The notes under the pieces are model-generated. The model searched no databases, was not told the DNA's origin, and was given only the letters and a program-made list of their open reading frames with translations. This document shows positions 17,423 through 27,404 of a DNA stretch of 43,486 bases, piece after piece; position 1 is the stretch's first letter; every line of letters begins with the position of its first letter. The stretch is from the IMG/VR virus record IMGVR_UViG_3300035105_000308, positions 1 through 43,486 of that record; one strand, given 5' to 3'. This stretch comes from a virus. Its lineage: Duplodnaviria; Caudoviricetes. A program made the translations under genes and the position numbers.

Positions 17423-19280
17423 GACTACGGGCTTATTGGACTCAATCCGAAATGCCTGGAGCCTTCCAGAAGAGCTTAGCGTATCAGAATGGGCAGATAA
17501 TAACCGGGTACTGGATCCGATGACATCGGCGGAGCCGGGTATCTGGCGGACCGACCGAACGCCGTATCTTAAAGAGATAATGGACGCTTTTAGGGATCCT
17601 TTCGTCCGGGACATAACGATCATGTCCTCGACGCAGGTGGGCAAGACCGAAACGCTTTTGAATATGATCGGGTATGTGGCTGATCAGGATCCCGCGCCAA
17701 CGCTTTTTGTTCTGCCCGACGAGAAGGTGGCAAAGGATATGTCCTATGACAGGGTCCAGCCAATGATCATGGGCTCGCCTGCCTTGCAAAATCATTTAAC
17801 CGCAAAAAAAGACGACGTTACAAAGGCAAAAATCACGCTTGATCGCATGATTCTGTATTTTGCCTGGTCAAACTCTCCGAGTTCGCTGGCGTCGAAGCCT
17901 ATCAGATATCTGTTTATGGACGAGATTGATAAATACCCGAAGTTCTCGGGCCGGGAAGCGGATCCGGTAAAGCTGGCCACAGAGAGAACGAGAACGTTCT
18001 GGAACCGCAAAATCGTTAAATGTTCCACGCCTACCACCCGGGAAGGGTATATCTTCCGCGAGTATGAGCGTTCTGACCAGAGGCAATACTATATTCCATG
18101 TCCGCATTGCGGTAAATACCAGATCTTAGTTTGGAAGCAGGTGTCCTGGCCGGACGAGGAACGCCGTCCGGAGGCGATAAAAGAGAAACGCCTGGCGTGG
18201 TATGAGTGTATCGGGTGCAAAGGGAAGATCGATGACGAGCATAAACTCAAGGCTATCCGGAAGGGCGTCTGGGCTCCCCAGGGGGCAAGCGTGGATAAAC
18301 ATGGGCACGTGCGCGGGGCGAACGCAAGGGAGGCACGTAGAGGTTACTGGCTTAATGCGCTATATTCGCCGTGGCTGACGTTTTCGGAGGTCGCAGCGGA
18401 GTTTTTATCGTCACAGGATTCGATCGAGGCGTTGATGAACTTCGTCAACTCGTGGCTGGCGGAGGTCTGGGAGGAAAAAGCGGAGGAAACTTCCGCGGAA
18501 AACGTGACAAAACTGGCCGTGGATTATCCTTCCGGGCTGGTTCCGGATCAGGTTCAGGTGCTTACCGCGGGCGTGGACGTTCAGAAGGATCACTTCTATT
18601 ACGTCATCCGGGGCTGGGGTTTTGGGGAAGAGTCGTGGTTAATACGCTCTGTACGGGTGGAATCCTGGGAACAACTGATCGCTGACCTTTTCCAAACGAC
18701 GTATTTAAAGCAGAATAAGGATCCCATGTCTGTCCGGATGGCGTGTATTGACTCGGGGTATAACACCGATGAGGTATATAACGTGTGCCGGCACTGGAGG
18801 GACGTGTCCAGGCCGATAAAAGGTGAGGAGCACCTGGGCGGGGTTCCGTATAGGGTGACCAAGATAGACAAGGCTCTGGACGGCCGGGCGTTTAAAGGGA
18901 GCATTCTGCTCTGGCGTATTGACACTTTCTATTTTAAAGACAAAGTCACCAGAATGATTCAGTCGGGACCGGACGATCCAGCGCAGTTCCATATTCCACG
19001 GGATTTTACCGAGGATTATATCAAGCAGATGACCTCGGAGCACAAGGTTATCGTCCGGGATAGGAAAACGGGCCGGGCGCAGGAAGTCTGGAGGAAGAAA
19101 ACGTCCGGAGCGCAAAACCACTACTGGGACTGCGAGGTTTATGCTGCGAGCGCTGCGAAGATGATCCACGTGGAGGCGCTTCGAGAGCACGGGCAGGCGG
19201 TTACCCACCGGCCGGGGGGCGAGCCGGCGTATAAAAATAAATGGGTCAGCCGGAGCGCGAGGAGGTGGGTTAAAAGATGA
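17415..19280 (+). CDS. Terminase large subunit (GpA family)
   Basis: TPYLKEIM, STQVGKT, DEIDKYP, STPT, CPHCG, GVDVQ, NHYWDC. Confidence 0.95.
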   Translation: MDKTTGLLDSIRNAWSLPEELSVSEWADNNRVLDPMTSAEPGIWRTDRTPYLKEIMDAFRDPFVRDITIMSSTQVGKTETLLNMIGYVADQDPAPTLFVLPDEKVAKDMSYDRVQPMIMGSPALQNHLTAKKDDVTKAKITLDRMILYFAWSNSPSSLASKPIRYLFMDEIDKYPKFSGREADPVKLATERTRTFWNRKIVKCSTPTTREGYIFREYERSDQRQYYIPCPHCGKYQILVWKQVSWPDEERRPEAIKEKRLAWYECIGCKGKIDDEHKLKAIRKGVWAPQGASVDKHGHVRGANAREARRGYWLNALYSPWLTFSEVAAEFLSSQDSIEALMNFVNSWLAEVWEEKAEETSAENVTKLAVDYPSGLVPDQVQVLTAGVDVQKDHFYYVIRGWGFGEESWLIRSVRVESWEQLIADLFQTTYLKQNKDPMSVRMACIDSGYNTDEVYNVCRHWRDVSRPIKGEEHLGGVPYRVTKIDKALDGRAFKGSILLWRIDTFYFKDKVTRMIQSGPDDPAQFHIPRDFTEDYIKQMTSEHKVIVRDRKTGRAQEVWRKKTSGAQNHYWDCEVYAASAAKMIHVEALREHGQAVTHRPGGEPAYKNKWVSRSARRWVKR

Positions 19281-19519
19281 GCGCATGGGAAAGCAGAAAT
19301 AAAAAAGGATGGATCTCCGGGAAAAAGAGAGAAGTTTCTGTCAAAAAAGTGCAACATCAGTATGGTGTTTTTTTTACTCCGGCACAATGTCCGAACCCAC
19401 AATGCCACTCTTTAGACTTAGATTGTTATTCGTCGACCGTAGATCTCAGATATTACCGCTGTCGCAAGTGTGGTGCGAATTTCAAGGCGATAGTTCAGTA
19501 CCAGTTTAACCTTCAGTAA
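19277..19519 (+). CDS. Ogr/Delta-like zinc finger (putative late regulator)
   Basis: CPNPQC...RYYRCRKCGANF. Confidence 0.6.
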   Translation: MSAWESRNKKGWISGKKREVSVKKVQHQYGVFFTPAQCPNPQCHSLDLDCYSSTVDLRYYRCRKCGANFKAIVQYQFNLQ

Positions 19520-19529
19520 AAATGCGCTT

Positions 19530-19581
19530 TACTACTCAGTAGTATAGGCTTTTTGACAAAACGAAAGAAGTCATATATCCT
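19530..19581 (+). promoter_or_regulatory. Head-operon promoter with upstream palindrome
   Basis: TACTACT-C-AGTAGTA (19530-19544); TTGACA-N17-TATCCT (19553-19581). Confidence 0.55.
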
Positions 19582-19646
19582 TTGGGTAGTTGACGGGACG
19601 CCTTTTTTTTACGGCGTACATTTTCGGGAGTAGCATAAAAATTGAT

Positions 19647-19689
19647 GGGTAGTTAAGTTTCGGGAAGGAACTTGCTACCTATTTTTTTT
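19647..19689 (+). terminator. Leader hairpin with T tract
   Basis: GGGTAGTTAAGTTTC...GGAACTTGCTACCT followed by T8. Confidence 0.45.
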
Positions 19690-19703
19690 ACTCGGAGGTG
19701 TAC

Positions 19704-19919
19704 ATGGCGACGTCACAGGAAATGCTTACCGCGGTTGAAACCGCAATATACGCCCGGCTTAACGGCGGGGCGGTCCAGTCTTATTCCATCGGCGGACGCA
19801 ATATCCAGTATGCCTCATTAACAGAGCTTGAAAAATTACGGGACCGGTTCAAGAAAGAAGTCAATGCTGCAAACGGCTTGAACACGAGAACGTTCGCAAG
19901 TTTTAAGAGGCCTATATGA
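19704..19919 (+). CDS. gpW-like head-to-tail joining protein
   Basis: GAVQSYSIGGRNIQYASL.EL; located before the portal. Confidence 0.8.
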   Translation: MATSQEMLTAVETAIYARLNGGAVQSYSIGGRNIQYASLTELEKLRDRFKKEVNAANGLNTRTFASFKRPI

Positions 19920-21592
19920 AAGAAATCGTTGACGGAAAAATAAAAAGGAAATCTTTCGGCGAGCGGGTTGACGACGCTATCGGTTTTTTCTCTCCGATGA
20001 CGGCCGTTAAACGTAAAGCTGCAAGGATGGCTTACGATATCCAGAAAAAACAGAGGCGTGGGGCGTTTTCGTCTTACCGGGGGGCCAGTAAAGACAGATT
20101 GAGGTCCGCGTGGATCCCCGGGAGCGGTTCTGCTGATCAGGACCTGTTGCCGGAGCTACCGGATCTCCGTGATCGCAGTCGGGACCTTGTGAGAAACGAC
20201 GCTACTGCTGCCGGGATAATCGGGACGGTTAATACCAACGTGGTGGGTTCGGGGATAAAACCGCAGAGCAGGATCGTCGCGGAAGATCTTGGAGTGTCTG
20301 AAGAAGAAGCTATTCGCTTGCAGAGGGAATGCGAGAAAATCTGGAAGGAGTGGGTTCCTTTCGCGGACGCGGGGGAACGGCTGGACTTTTACGAGATACA
20401 GTCGCTGGTTGACCGTCAAATCCTTGAAAATGGGGAGATATTCCTCGTTCCTGTGGTTAAAAAGGGCGGAAATCGTCCTTTAAGCCTGGCATACCAGCTT
20501 GTTGAGGCCGACAGGGTAAGCACTCCGAGCGACAAAACGCAGGATAAAACGATCAGAAGCGGGATCCGGATTGGGGATACCTATGGCGAACCTGTATCGT
20601 ATTTCATAAAAAAGGCGCACCCGGGCAACGTTACTATCGGCAAAAGCGCTTACAGGAACAACACTTCGGACAGTTATCAAGAAATTGAGGCGGTAAACCC
20701 TGCCACAGGGCGCAAAAACGTCTATCACTTCTATATGCCTTTAAGGCCGGACCAGACAAGGGGTATTCCGTTCTTTTCTCCGGTCCTTACGTACTTCAAA
20801 GATCTTGCGGATTATCTTGAAGCCGAGCTTGTTACGGCTCGAATCGCTGCGTGTTTTTCGATTTTCGTTAAAAAAGAGCAGGCTTATGAAGCTGCCCTGG
20901 GCAATACCGACAGCACAAATGCCAAAGCGCAAAGGATACAGGAGTTTGAACCCGGGCTGATCGAGTATTTGAACCCGGGCGAATCCATAGAGAGTTTTTC
21001 TCCGCAGCGACCAGGAGGCTCGTTTGAGCCGTTTGTAAATCGGATCTTGCGTTCGATTTCGACGGCTCTCGGGCTCCCTTACGAGCTTGTCGCAAAGGAT
21101 TTCAGCCAGACAAACTATTCCAGCGCAAGGGCTGCGCTTATCGAGGCGATGAAATACTTCCGGACACGGCAGGCATGGCTTGAGAGGAAGCTTTGCCAGC
21201 CGACATGGGAGCTTGTCATCGAAGAGGCATATCTCAAAGGAAAAATAAACGCGACAAACTTCTATAAGGATCCGGCCTCGTATACCAGGGCGATATGGAT
21301 ATCTCCGGGGAGCCAGTGGATTGATCCTCTGAAAGAGGTCAAGGCATCCAAAGAGGCGATGGATGGAAATATAACCAGCTTAGCGGATGTCTGTGCCAGC
21401 CAGGGGAAAGACTGGGAAGAGGTAATGGAACAAAAGGCGCGGGAAGCTCGAAAGAAAAAAGAGCTTGAGGATAAATATGGGGTGACGATCGGGGCGAATG
21501 ACTCCGTTGTGGATCCGGCAGAAATAGAACCCGAGGAGGATCCTGATGAAACAGACGAAAAAGAAAGACAAGAAGCTGCAGGAGAAAAATAA
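19916..21592 (+). CDS. Portal protein, lambda family
   Basis: RSRDLVRN, RPDQTRGIP, DFSQTNYSSARA, WIDPLKE. Confidence 0.95.
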   Translation: MKEIVDGKIKRKSFGERVDDAIGFFSPMTAVKRKAARMAYDIQKKQRRGAFSSYRGASKDRLRSAWIPGSGSADQDLLPELPDLRDRSRDLVRNDATAAGIIGTVNTNVVGSGIKPQSRIVAEDLGVSEEEAIRLQRECEKIWKEWVPFADAGERLDFYEIQSLVDRQILENGEIFLVPVVKKGGNRPLSLAYQLVEADRVSTPSDKTQDKTIRSGIRIGDTYGEPVSYFIKKAHPGNVTIGKSAYRNNTSDSYQEIEAVNPATGRKNVYHFYMPLRPDQTRGIPFFSPVLTYFKDLADYLEAELVTARIAACFSIFVKKEQAYEAALGNTDSTNAKAQRIQEFEPGLIEYLNPGESIESFSPQRPGGSFEPFVNRILRSISTALGLPYELVAKDFSQTNYSSARAALIEAMKYFRTRQAWLERKLCQPTWELVIEEAYLKGKINATNFYKDPASYTRAIWISPGSQWIDPLKEVKASKEAMDGNITSLADVCASQGKDWEEVMEQKAREARKKKELEDKYGVTIGANDSVVDPAEIEPEEDPDETDEKERQEAAGEK

Positions 21593-21684
21593 AATTTCGA
21601 GTCTTGTCGCAATAAGCGTTTTCAATCCTTGTTGTATGGAGCAGGCAAGAAACTATGAATTTCAAGTTGAGGAGGGACAGGACA

Positions 21685-22893
21685 ATGGCAGATAAAAACA
21701 AATATTTAAGAGCTCAGGTTGCCCGCGGGATTGAGGCCGGGGCCGATGGTGTGGATAGAGAAAAAAACATCATCAACGGGTTCGCCGTGATGACAAAGGG
21801 TTTTGTGAAGGATATGCGGGGCTGGGAGATTGACGACCTAACGCTTGAGCAGATCGTTGAGGCCGGGAACGAGTACAAGCTCGGGCTTAAGTCGAGGTTT
21901 GGTCATCCCAATATGAGCAATACGGCGTTGGGGACCTTTTTGGGACGTGCAAAAAACTTCCGCGTTGACGGGGATATGGTGCGGGCAGATTTGCACATAT
22001 CGGATTCTGCTTTTAAGACTCCGGACGGAGATCTTGGCAGTTATGTCATGGATCTTGCCGAGCAGGATCCGGATGCGTTCGGAACATCTGTCGTTCTGAG
22101 GGGCTACGAGTTCGAATACCGGTTAGAAGCAGACGGGACAAGGGCGAAAGACGAGGATGGGAACGACTTGCCACCACTCTTAAGGGTCAAGGGGTTGTCT
22201 GCGGTCGATGCTGTCGATGAGCCTGCTGCCAACAACGGTATGTTTGGAACTCAGTTTTTCAGTGAGTCTGTGGTTCCCTCGGCAGTAATGACAGATTTTT
22301 TAAATAAATTGATAGAACAGCCTGAAGCGCTGGACACGATCATTTCGTTCCTATCGCGGTATCAGGCCAACAAAGAAGAAGCGGAAATCCGCGATGAGGA
22401 AGAAAAAACAGAAAAAAAGGAGGGCGTTATGGAATTGAAGGATCTCAAACTTGAGCAGCTAAAGGAAGAAAGGGCTGATCTGGTTGAGGCTTTACACAAA
22501 GAGGGTAAGGACAGTGTAAAACTTGACGAGGTCAGGGCCGAAGCGCTTAAGACGGAAAGAGTGAGGTCATCTGCTATTCTCGGGCTCCTGGAAAACGAGG
22601 CCTATGATGGGTATCTGGGTCTTGCAGTACAGGGAATCAAGGACGGCGATACTCTCGAAACCGTTGAAGGCAAAATGAAAGACCAGAGGATTCAGGATCT
22701 GGAAGCAAGCGCGACCGAAACCCCGGGACCGGGCGAGGGAGAAGAGGAAAAACCCGCGATGGCTTTGTCTGTTGAAGAGCAGGCGAAGAAAGATTGGGAA
22801 ACGGATCCTAATCTGCACCAGGAGTTCGGGAAGTACGAAACCTACCTTGCTTATTTGAAGCATAAAAGCAAGGTCAGGGTGTTGGGTAAGTAA
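21685..22893 (+). CDS. Prohead protease/scaffold
   Basis: SRFGHP, FGTSVV, AVDAVDEPAA; acidic helical C-terminus; position after the portal. Confidence 0.7.
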   Translation: MADKNKYLRAQVARGIEAGADGVDREKNIINGFAVMTKGFVKDMRGWEIDDLTLEQIVEAGNEYKLGLKSRFGHPNMSNTALGTFLGRAKNFRVDGDMVRADLHISDSAFKTPDGDLGSYVMDLAEQDPDAFGTSVVLRGYEFEYRLEADGTRAKDEDGNDLPPLLRVKGLSAVDAVDEPAANNGMFGTQFFSESVVPSAVMTDFLNKLIEQPEALDTIISFLSRYQANKEEAEIRDEEEKTEKKEGVMELKDLKLEQLKEERADLVEALHKEGKDSVKLDEVRAEALKTERVRSSAILGLLENEAYDGYLGLAVQGIKDGDTLETVEGKMKDQRIQDLEASATETPGPGEGEEEKPAMALSVEEQAKKDWETDPNLHQEFGKYETYLAYLKHKSKVRVLGK

Positions 22894-22956
22894 AAAACGG
22901 GCCATGTAGAGGCGTGTTTTTAAATAGTCAATAACGAAAAAACAGGAGGGACAAAA

Positions 22957-23367
22957 ATGGCATTATCAGCAGATACTCCAAGAGCCTATGAATTGGGAGA
23001 CATGAACGATCTTCCGGTGAAGGCGTCAACGACAATCTATGAAGGCGCAGCGGTAGGGCTTTCGAGCGGGTACGCTCGCGGTCTTGTTGCTGGCGATGAA
23101 TTTCAGGGGTTTGCGACAAAGAAAGCGGACAATTCCAGTGGCGACGCTGCTGCGATAAACGTTCGCGTAAAGAAAAAAGGTTGTATTCAGCTGCCGGTTA
23201 CCGGAGTTTCAGGCGTCACGGACGTTGGAGACACGGTTTACGCGTCGGCTGACGGGACCTTTACTCTTACCTCAAGTGGCAATTCGGCCATAGGTAAGAT
23301 AATCAGATACATCTCGAGCACCACTGTGGTTGTGGCGTTTGAAGGTGTTGCTGAGCGTTCCGTGTAA
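22957..23367 (+). CDS. Head decoration/cement protein
   Basis: IYEGAAV, DVGDTVYASADGTFT...IG; precedes the major capsid gene. Confidence 0.7.
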   Translation: MALSADTPRAYELGDMNDLPVKASTTIYEGAAVGLSSGYARGLVAGDEFQGFATKKADNSSGDAAAINVRVKKKGCIQLPVTGVSGVTDVGDTVYASADGTFTLTSSGNSAIGKIIRYISSTTVVVAFEGVAERSV

Positions 23368-23459
23368 GGTGATCAAGCACTCCTGGGCATGAGTGATCGC
23401 AATAAACTGCCCACTTTGACAAGGAAGAAAGCAAAGACAATAAAAAAGGAGGAACAAAA

Positions 23460-24407
23460 ATGGGAATTTCAGGTCTTGGTTCAAGGGCAATCATCGGGAA
23501 GTTTTACGGAACTCTCGAGCAAAACAAGGATATGTCCTGGCCTTTTCAGGTTGGTATGGAGATGCCTTCCGATCAGGAGTCAGAGACATATAAGTGGCTG
23601 GGATTCGCTCCTGCGCTTAGGGAGTGGGTTGGTGGCCGTCAGGCGAAAGGTCTGAGGGAAAATGGGATCACAATAACAAACAAAAAGTACGAAGCAACGC
23701 TTGAGTTTGACGTTGATGATCTTCGTAGAGATAAAACAGGGCAGGTTGATGTTCGCATAGGCGAGCTTGCCGACAGAGTAAACGAGCACTGGGAAGATCT
23801 TCTGACCACGCTTGTTACGGGCAACGGCCTTTGTTACGACGGTCAGAACTTCTTTGACACGGATCACTCGGAAGGTGACAGCGGGACTCAGGTTAACGCT
23901 CTAACTTCCAGCCATGTCGGAAATCTGGATGTGTCGGACACGTCCAACGTTACAGCGGTGGAAATGGCAAAGGCCATTCTGGGCGTTATCCAGTATATGT
24001 ACAGCTACAAGGATGACCGCGGGAAACCGATGAACAGGAACGCGAAAAAGTTTCTTGTTATGGTTCCGGTTGAGATGTGGGCTTCTGCTATACAGGCGAT
24101 ATCGTCCAATCTGCTTAGCACGGGCACGGGCGCGATAGATAATCCGCTCAAACTGTCCTCGGCAAAGCTGGAGATAGACGTTGTTTGTAATCCGCTTTTG
24201 AGCACTTCCACTGTTTTCTACGTATTTCGCAAAGATGGACGCGCAAAACCGTTTATTTTGCAGAACGAGAAGGACATGGAAGTCAGCTACATAGGCGAAG
24301 GGTCCGAACTCGAGTTCAAAGAAAATCTGCACCAGATGGGTGTCAAGGTTCTCAGGAACGTCGGTTTCGGGTACTGGCAGCAGGCAGCAAAAGCTACCGT
24401 ATCTTAA
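23460..24407 (+). CDS. Major capsid protein (Mu gpT-like)
   Basis: YKWLG..P.LREW.G.R, NKKYEAT, CYDGQNFFDTDH, GFGYWQ.A. Confidence 0.9.
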   Translation: MGISGLGSRAIIGKFYGTLEQNKDMSWPFQVGMEMPSDQESETYKWLGFAPALREWVGGRQAKGLRENGITITNKKYEATLEFDVDDLRRDKTGQVDVRIGELADRVNEHWEDLLTTLVTGNGLCYDGQNFFDTDHSEGDSGTQVNALTSSHVGNLDVSDTSNVTAVEMAKAILGVIQYMYSYKDDRGKPMNRNAKKFLVMVPVEMWASAIQAISSNLLSTGTGAIDNPLKLSSAKLEIDVVCNPLLSTSTVFYVFRKDGRAKPFILQNEKDMEVSYIGEGSELEFKENLHQMGVKVLRNVGFGYWQQAAKATVS

Positions 24408-24468
24408 GCGATACGGGTTTCGGGACAGTTATGTAACGGTGTAGTTTTTTTAAAATAACGGGAGGGTT

Positions 24469-24744
24469 GTGATGGGAAAAAGTACAAAAAAAGAAACAAA
24501 GACCAAACTCGAGCAGGTTGAAGGTCTGGTTTGCAGTGTTGACAACGAGTGTAAGGGCAAAATGCTACCGGCAGGGACGGTCATCTTTGTCGGGGAAAGC
24601 CGGGACGGGATGAGCATCGAGGATGTCAACAAGGCAATAGCCAGGGGCAACGTTGAAGCGAGGATGGCGGAAGTATCTTTTGAGGATACGGACAAAAAAA
24701 GCGATGAGATCGAAAAATCCAAGGACAACCGGGGTTCCGAATAG
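24469..24744 (+). CDS. Hypothetical virion-region protein
   Basis: RBS GGAGG; follows the capsid gene. Confidence 0.55.
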   Translation: MMGKSTKKETKTKLEQVEGLVCSVDNECKGKMLPAGTVIFVGESRDGMSIEDVNKAIARGNVEARMAEVSFEDTDKKSDEIEKSKDNRGSE

Positions 24745-24787
24745 GAACCCCGGGAGGCCTTAAACTGACAAACAAGGAGAAAACCCG

Positions 24788-26239
24788 ATGCCCAATAAAC
24801 TTTTTCCAGATGACCTGTCAGCCGTCGCTCTGTCGGAAGACGATTTCTTTTTAATATCAGACAACAGCGATGATGACGCGATTAAAACGATAGCAGGCTC
24901 GGGCCTTGTAACTTTTTTTGACGGGAAATACCTTAACATAGCCAACACAGATGAATTTACTCCTACCGAAGACTATCATCCAGCAACGAAAAAATATGTA
25001 GATGAGGCAGTAGCAACCGCAAATGAATTTATCGAACTCACGGATTGTCCCGCAAGTTATGTAGACAACGCTGGAAAGTTTTTGCGGGTAAACGCTACCC
25101 CTGATGGGATTGAATTTATCAGTTTGACGGCAGATCTTATCGGAGCTGGTGCGCTTAATATCGGAGGGAACGCTTTTACTGTCAATGAAATAGAAATCGT
25201 TGGTGCCGACGGGGAAGTAAATGCGGCCGCAATAGAGGATAAATTTTTAAGAAATGACGGGGACGATACTACAAGCGGAACCATCACAGCAGCAGGTTTC
25301 ACAGACGGCACAGCCACACTAACAGGCGGTGCTTTAAGCGGTATTACAAATATCGCTGGCGGCGTTGTATTTAACGAGGGCGGGTCAGATTTAGACTTCC
25401 GAGTAGAGAGCGATACAATGCCCTATGCTTTCTTTGTAGACGGTACGACAGGTGATGTCGTGGGACAGACTATCGCCACTTCAAATCAGCACAACGAAAT
25501 AGGCATCCTTTTAGACATACTTACTGACCCCAGAGCAATAGTCGGGTTTACGGGAACAGGTGCTGATGGCTCGACCGAAGACGGGTATGAAAGCGGTGAC
25601 GGTAGAACATGGACTTATTCTGGCGGTCTATCTACCGACAAGATATTTCAGGGACAGACTTATGTTTACTCGTTTGATGGTTCAAGTAAACTCTCAACTC
25701 CAGATACAGCAGATATGAGTTTTGACGATAGCGGAAGTAATCCGTTTAGTATAGGTGGCTGGATAGAAGTTACAGACCAATCTTCAATACAGAACATAAT
25801 TAGCAAATGGGACGAAACTACAGGTTCTGAACTAAGAGAATGGCAGCTTGTTCTTGGTAGCACCGAAATTCTATTACTTATCATTTACGATGAGAGTGAG
25901 AATGTACAATGTTACAGAGCCACAGATTCTGCTCTATCTGTAGGGTGGCATTTTGTAGTAGCAACTTATGATTCAAGTGGTGGAGCTACTGCTGGGAATG
26001 GAATAACAATATATGTTGATGGTGTGGCTGTCGCAAGCACAGCAGTAAATAATGCAAGTTATGTGGCTATGGAAAACTCAACATCATTACCTCAAATAGG
26101 TGTTATGACAAATTCGGCTGGTGTTGATGGTTTTACTTTTGATGGCGCTATGGGCAGACTATTCGTAACAGCAGAAGAACTATCAGCGGCAGATGTCTGG
26201 AAGATATATGAGAAAACTCGCTCGTTTTATAACAAATAA
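24788..26239 (+). CDS. Fibre-like virion protein with C-terminal LamG domain
   Basis: ATKKYVD, FIELTD.P.SY...GKFL.VN fibre motifs; FSIGGW, GWHFVVATYD, IYVDG, LSAADV. Confidence 0.75.
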   Translation: MPNKLFPDDLSAVALSEDDFFLISDNSDDDAIKTIAGSGLVTFFDGKYLNIANTDEFTPTEDYHPATKKYVDEAVATANEFIELTDCPASYVDNAGKFLRVNATPDGIEFISLTADLIGAGALNIGGNAFTVNEIEIVGADGEVNAAAIEDKFLRNDGDDTTSGTITAAGFTDGTATLTGGALSGITNIAGGVVFNEGGSDLDFRVESDTMPYAFFVDGTTGDVVGQTIATSNQHNEIGILLDILTDPRAIVGFTGTGADGSTEDGYESGDGRTWTYSGGLSTDKIFQGQTYVYSFDGSSKLSTPDTADMSFDDSGSNPFSIGGWIEVTDQSSIQNIISKWDETTGSELREWQLVLGSTEILLLIIYDESENVQCYRATDSALSVGWHFVVATYDSSGGATAGNGITIYVDGVAVASTAVNNASYVAMENSTSLPQIGVMTNSAGVDGFTFDGAMGRLFVTAEELSAADVWKIYEKTRSFYNK

Positions 26240-26255
26240 ACTTAGGAGGCAACTA

Positions 26256-26366
26256 ATGGCTAAAGGCAGACCTAAAAGAGACGGTAGCGGAAAAGGTACG
26301 AGAGCAAACCGTGGACGTGGTGGGTGCAAGACCACAAGAAAGTCAGGACGAGGCAGAGGGCAATGA
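26256..26366 (+). CDS. 36-aa Arg/Gly/Lys-rich peptide (not in ORF track)
   Basis: RBS AGGAGG; MAKGRPKRDGSGKGTRANRGRGGCKTTRKSGRGRGQ*; ATGA overlap with next ORF. Confidence 0.6.
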   Translation: MAKGRPKRDGSGKGTRANRGRGGCKTTRKSGRGRGQ

Positions 26367-26545
26367 AAACAGGATACCTCATATTAACGTGCTTGCAAGA
26401 GGTTATGCAGAAGAACACCGAAGTGGTGGCAGAGAACTATATCCGGGATCAGTATAAGCGAGCGGTTCAAGGCAAGAGCCTTTCGGAACTGAAAGCGATT
26501 TGTCCGGATATGAAAGTGGAGAGGGTAGGCCAAAAAAGGAGATGA
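26363..26545 (+). CDS. Hypothetical protein
   Basis: Translationally coupled ORF. Confidence 0.45.
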   Translation: MKTGYLILTCLQEVMQKNTEVVAENYIRDQYKRAVQGKSLSELKAICPDMKVERVGQKRR

Positions 26546-26548
26546 AAA

Positions 26549-26920
26549 ATGAGAAAAGCTATATGTTTCCTACTGCTTGTATTGTTTTTATTTTCCCCGT
26601 TTTTATATGCTTCTGACATAGACTGGGAATGGGAAGCCGGACGGATGTATCTAAAATATTTCGGAGAAAAGCATACTCCGGACTGCGAGAACAGGGTTCG
26701 TATGCTTTCTGAAAAAATGCAGAAAGCCGGCCAGGGACATTTTATTTGTACGGGGTGGTGTAAGGGGCCCTACAAAGACGATTTTGGAGTAGTAAGGTTT
26801 AATCACGGAGAACACGGTCACGCGTGGATAAAATTGCCTAATGGAGAGATCCTTGACCCGTCTGTCGCAAAGCCAGAAGGGTGGTATGTGCAAAAAAGCA
26901 TCCGTTGGGTATCTCCATAG
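26549..26920 (+). CDS. Secreted transglutaminase/papain-like protein
   Basis: Signal peptide; DC...HAW...ILDP triad pattern. Confidence 0.5.
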   Translation: MRKAICFLLLVLFLFSPFLYASDIDWEWEAGRMYLKYFGEKHTPDCENRVRMLSEKMQKAGQGHFICTGWCKGPYKDDFGVVRFNHGEHGHAWIKLPNGEILDPSVAKPEGWYVQKSIRWVSP

Positions 26921-26987
26921 GAATTTGAGTTAACGAAACGTTACGGGATGTAGGGGGGATACAACCCCAAACAAGGAGGCAAACGCA

Positions 26988-27404
26988 ATGAAAATAAGCA
27001 TTGAACAGTTAATAGAAAAAAAGGGATCGCTTGACAAGGTTTTACAAAAAGACATGCCGTTTAAGCTCTCTTATAGACTCTCTAAGCTGGCGGCAAAGGT
27101 TATGCAGGAAATTAAGCACATCGATAAAACGCGCAACGAGATGATTAAAAAATACGGAGAAAAGACAGATCAGGGGCATAGGGTCCCAAAAGACAAACTT
27201 GAAGAGTTCAGGGCAGAGTGGGCGGATCTCGTACAAGAAGAGATTGATTTTACTGTCGAGAAGATCCCTATGGAGACGCTTGAGACTATAAATCTGAGCG
27301 CTTTCGACATTGCTAACCTCGAGTGCTTTATTGAACAAGAGCCCGAGGGAAAAGAACCAGAAAAAAAGGAAAAAGATGACGTTTCAGGACCAGACGCTAA
27401 ATGA
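26988..27404 (+). CDS. Hypothetical phage protein
   Basis: RBS AGGAGG; helical MPFKLSYRL...R..MIKKYG family. Confidence 0.65.
   Translation: MKISIEQLIEKKGSLDKVLQKDMPFKLSYRLSKLAAKVMQEIKHIDKTRNEMIKKYGEKTDQGHRVPKDKLEEFRAEWADLVQEEIDFTVEKIPMETLETINLSAFDIANLECFIEQEPEGKEPEKKEKDDVSGPDAK

Noticed and set aside
24729-24753. Perfect 10-bp hairpin CCGGGGTTCC/GGAACCCCGG as a terminator
   Set aside because: No U tract; at most an mRNA stability element
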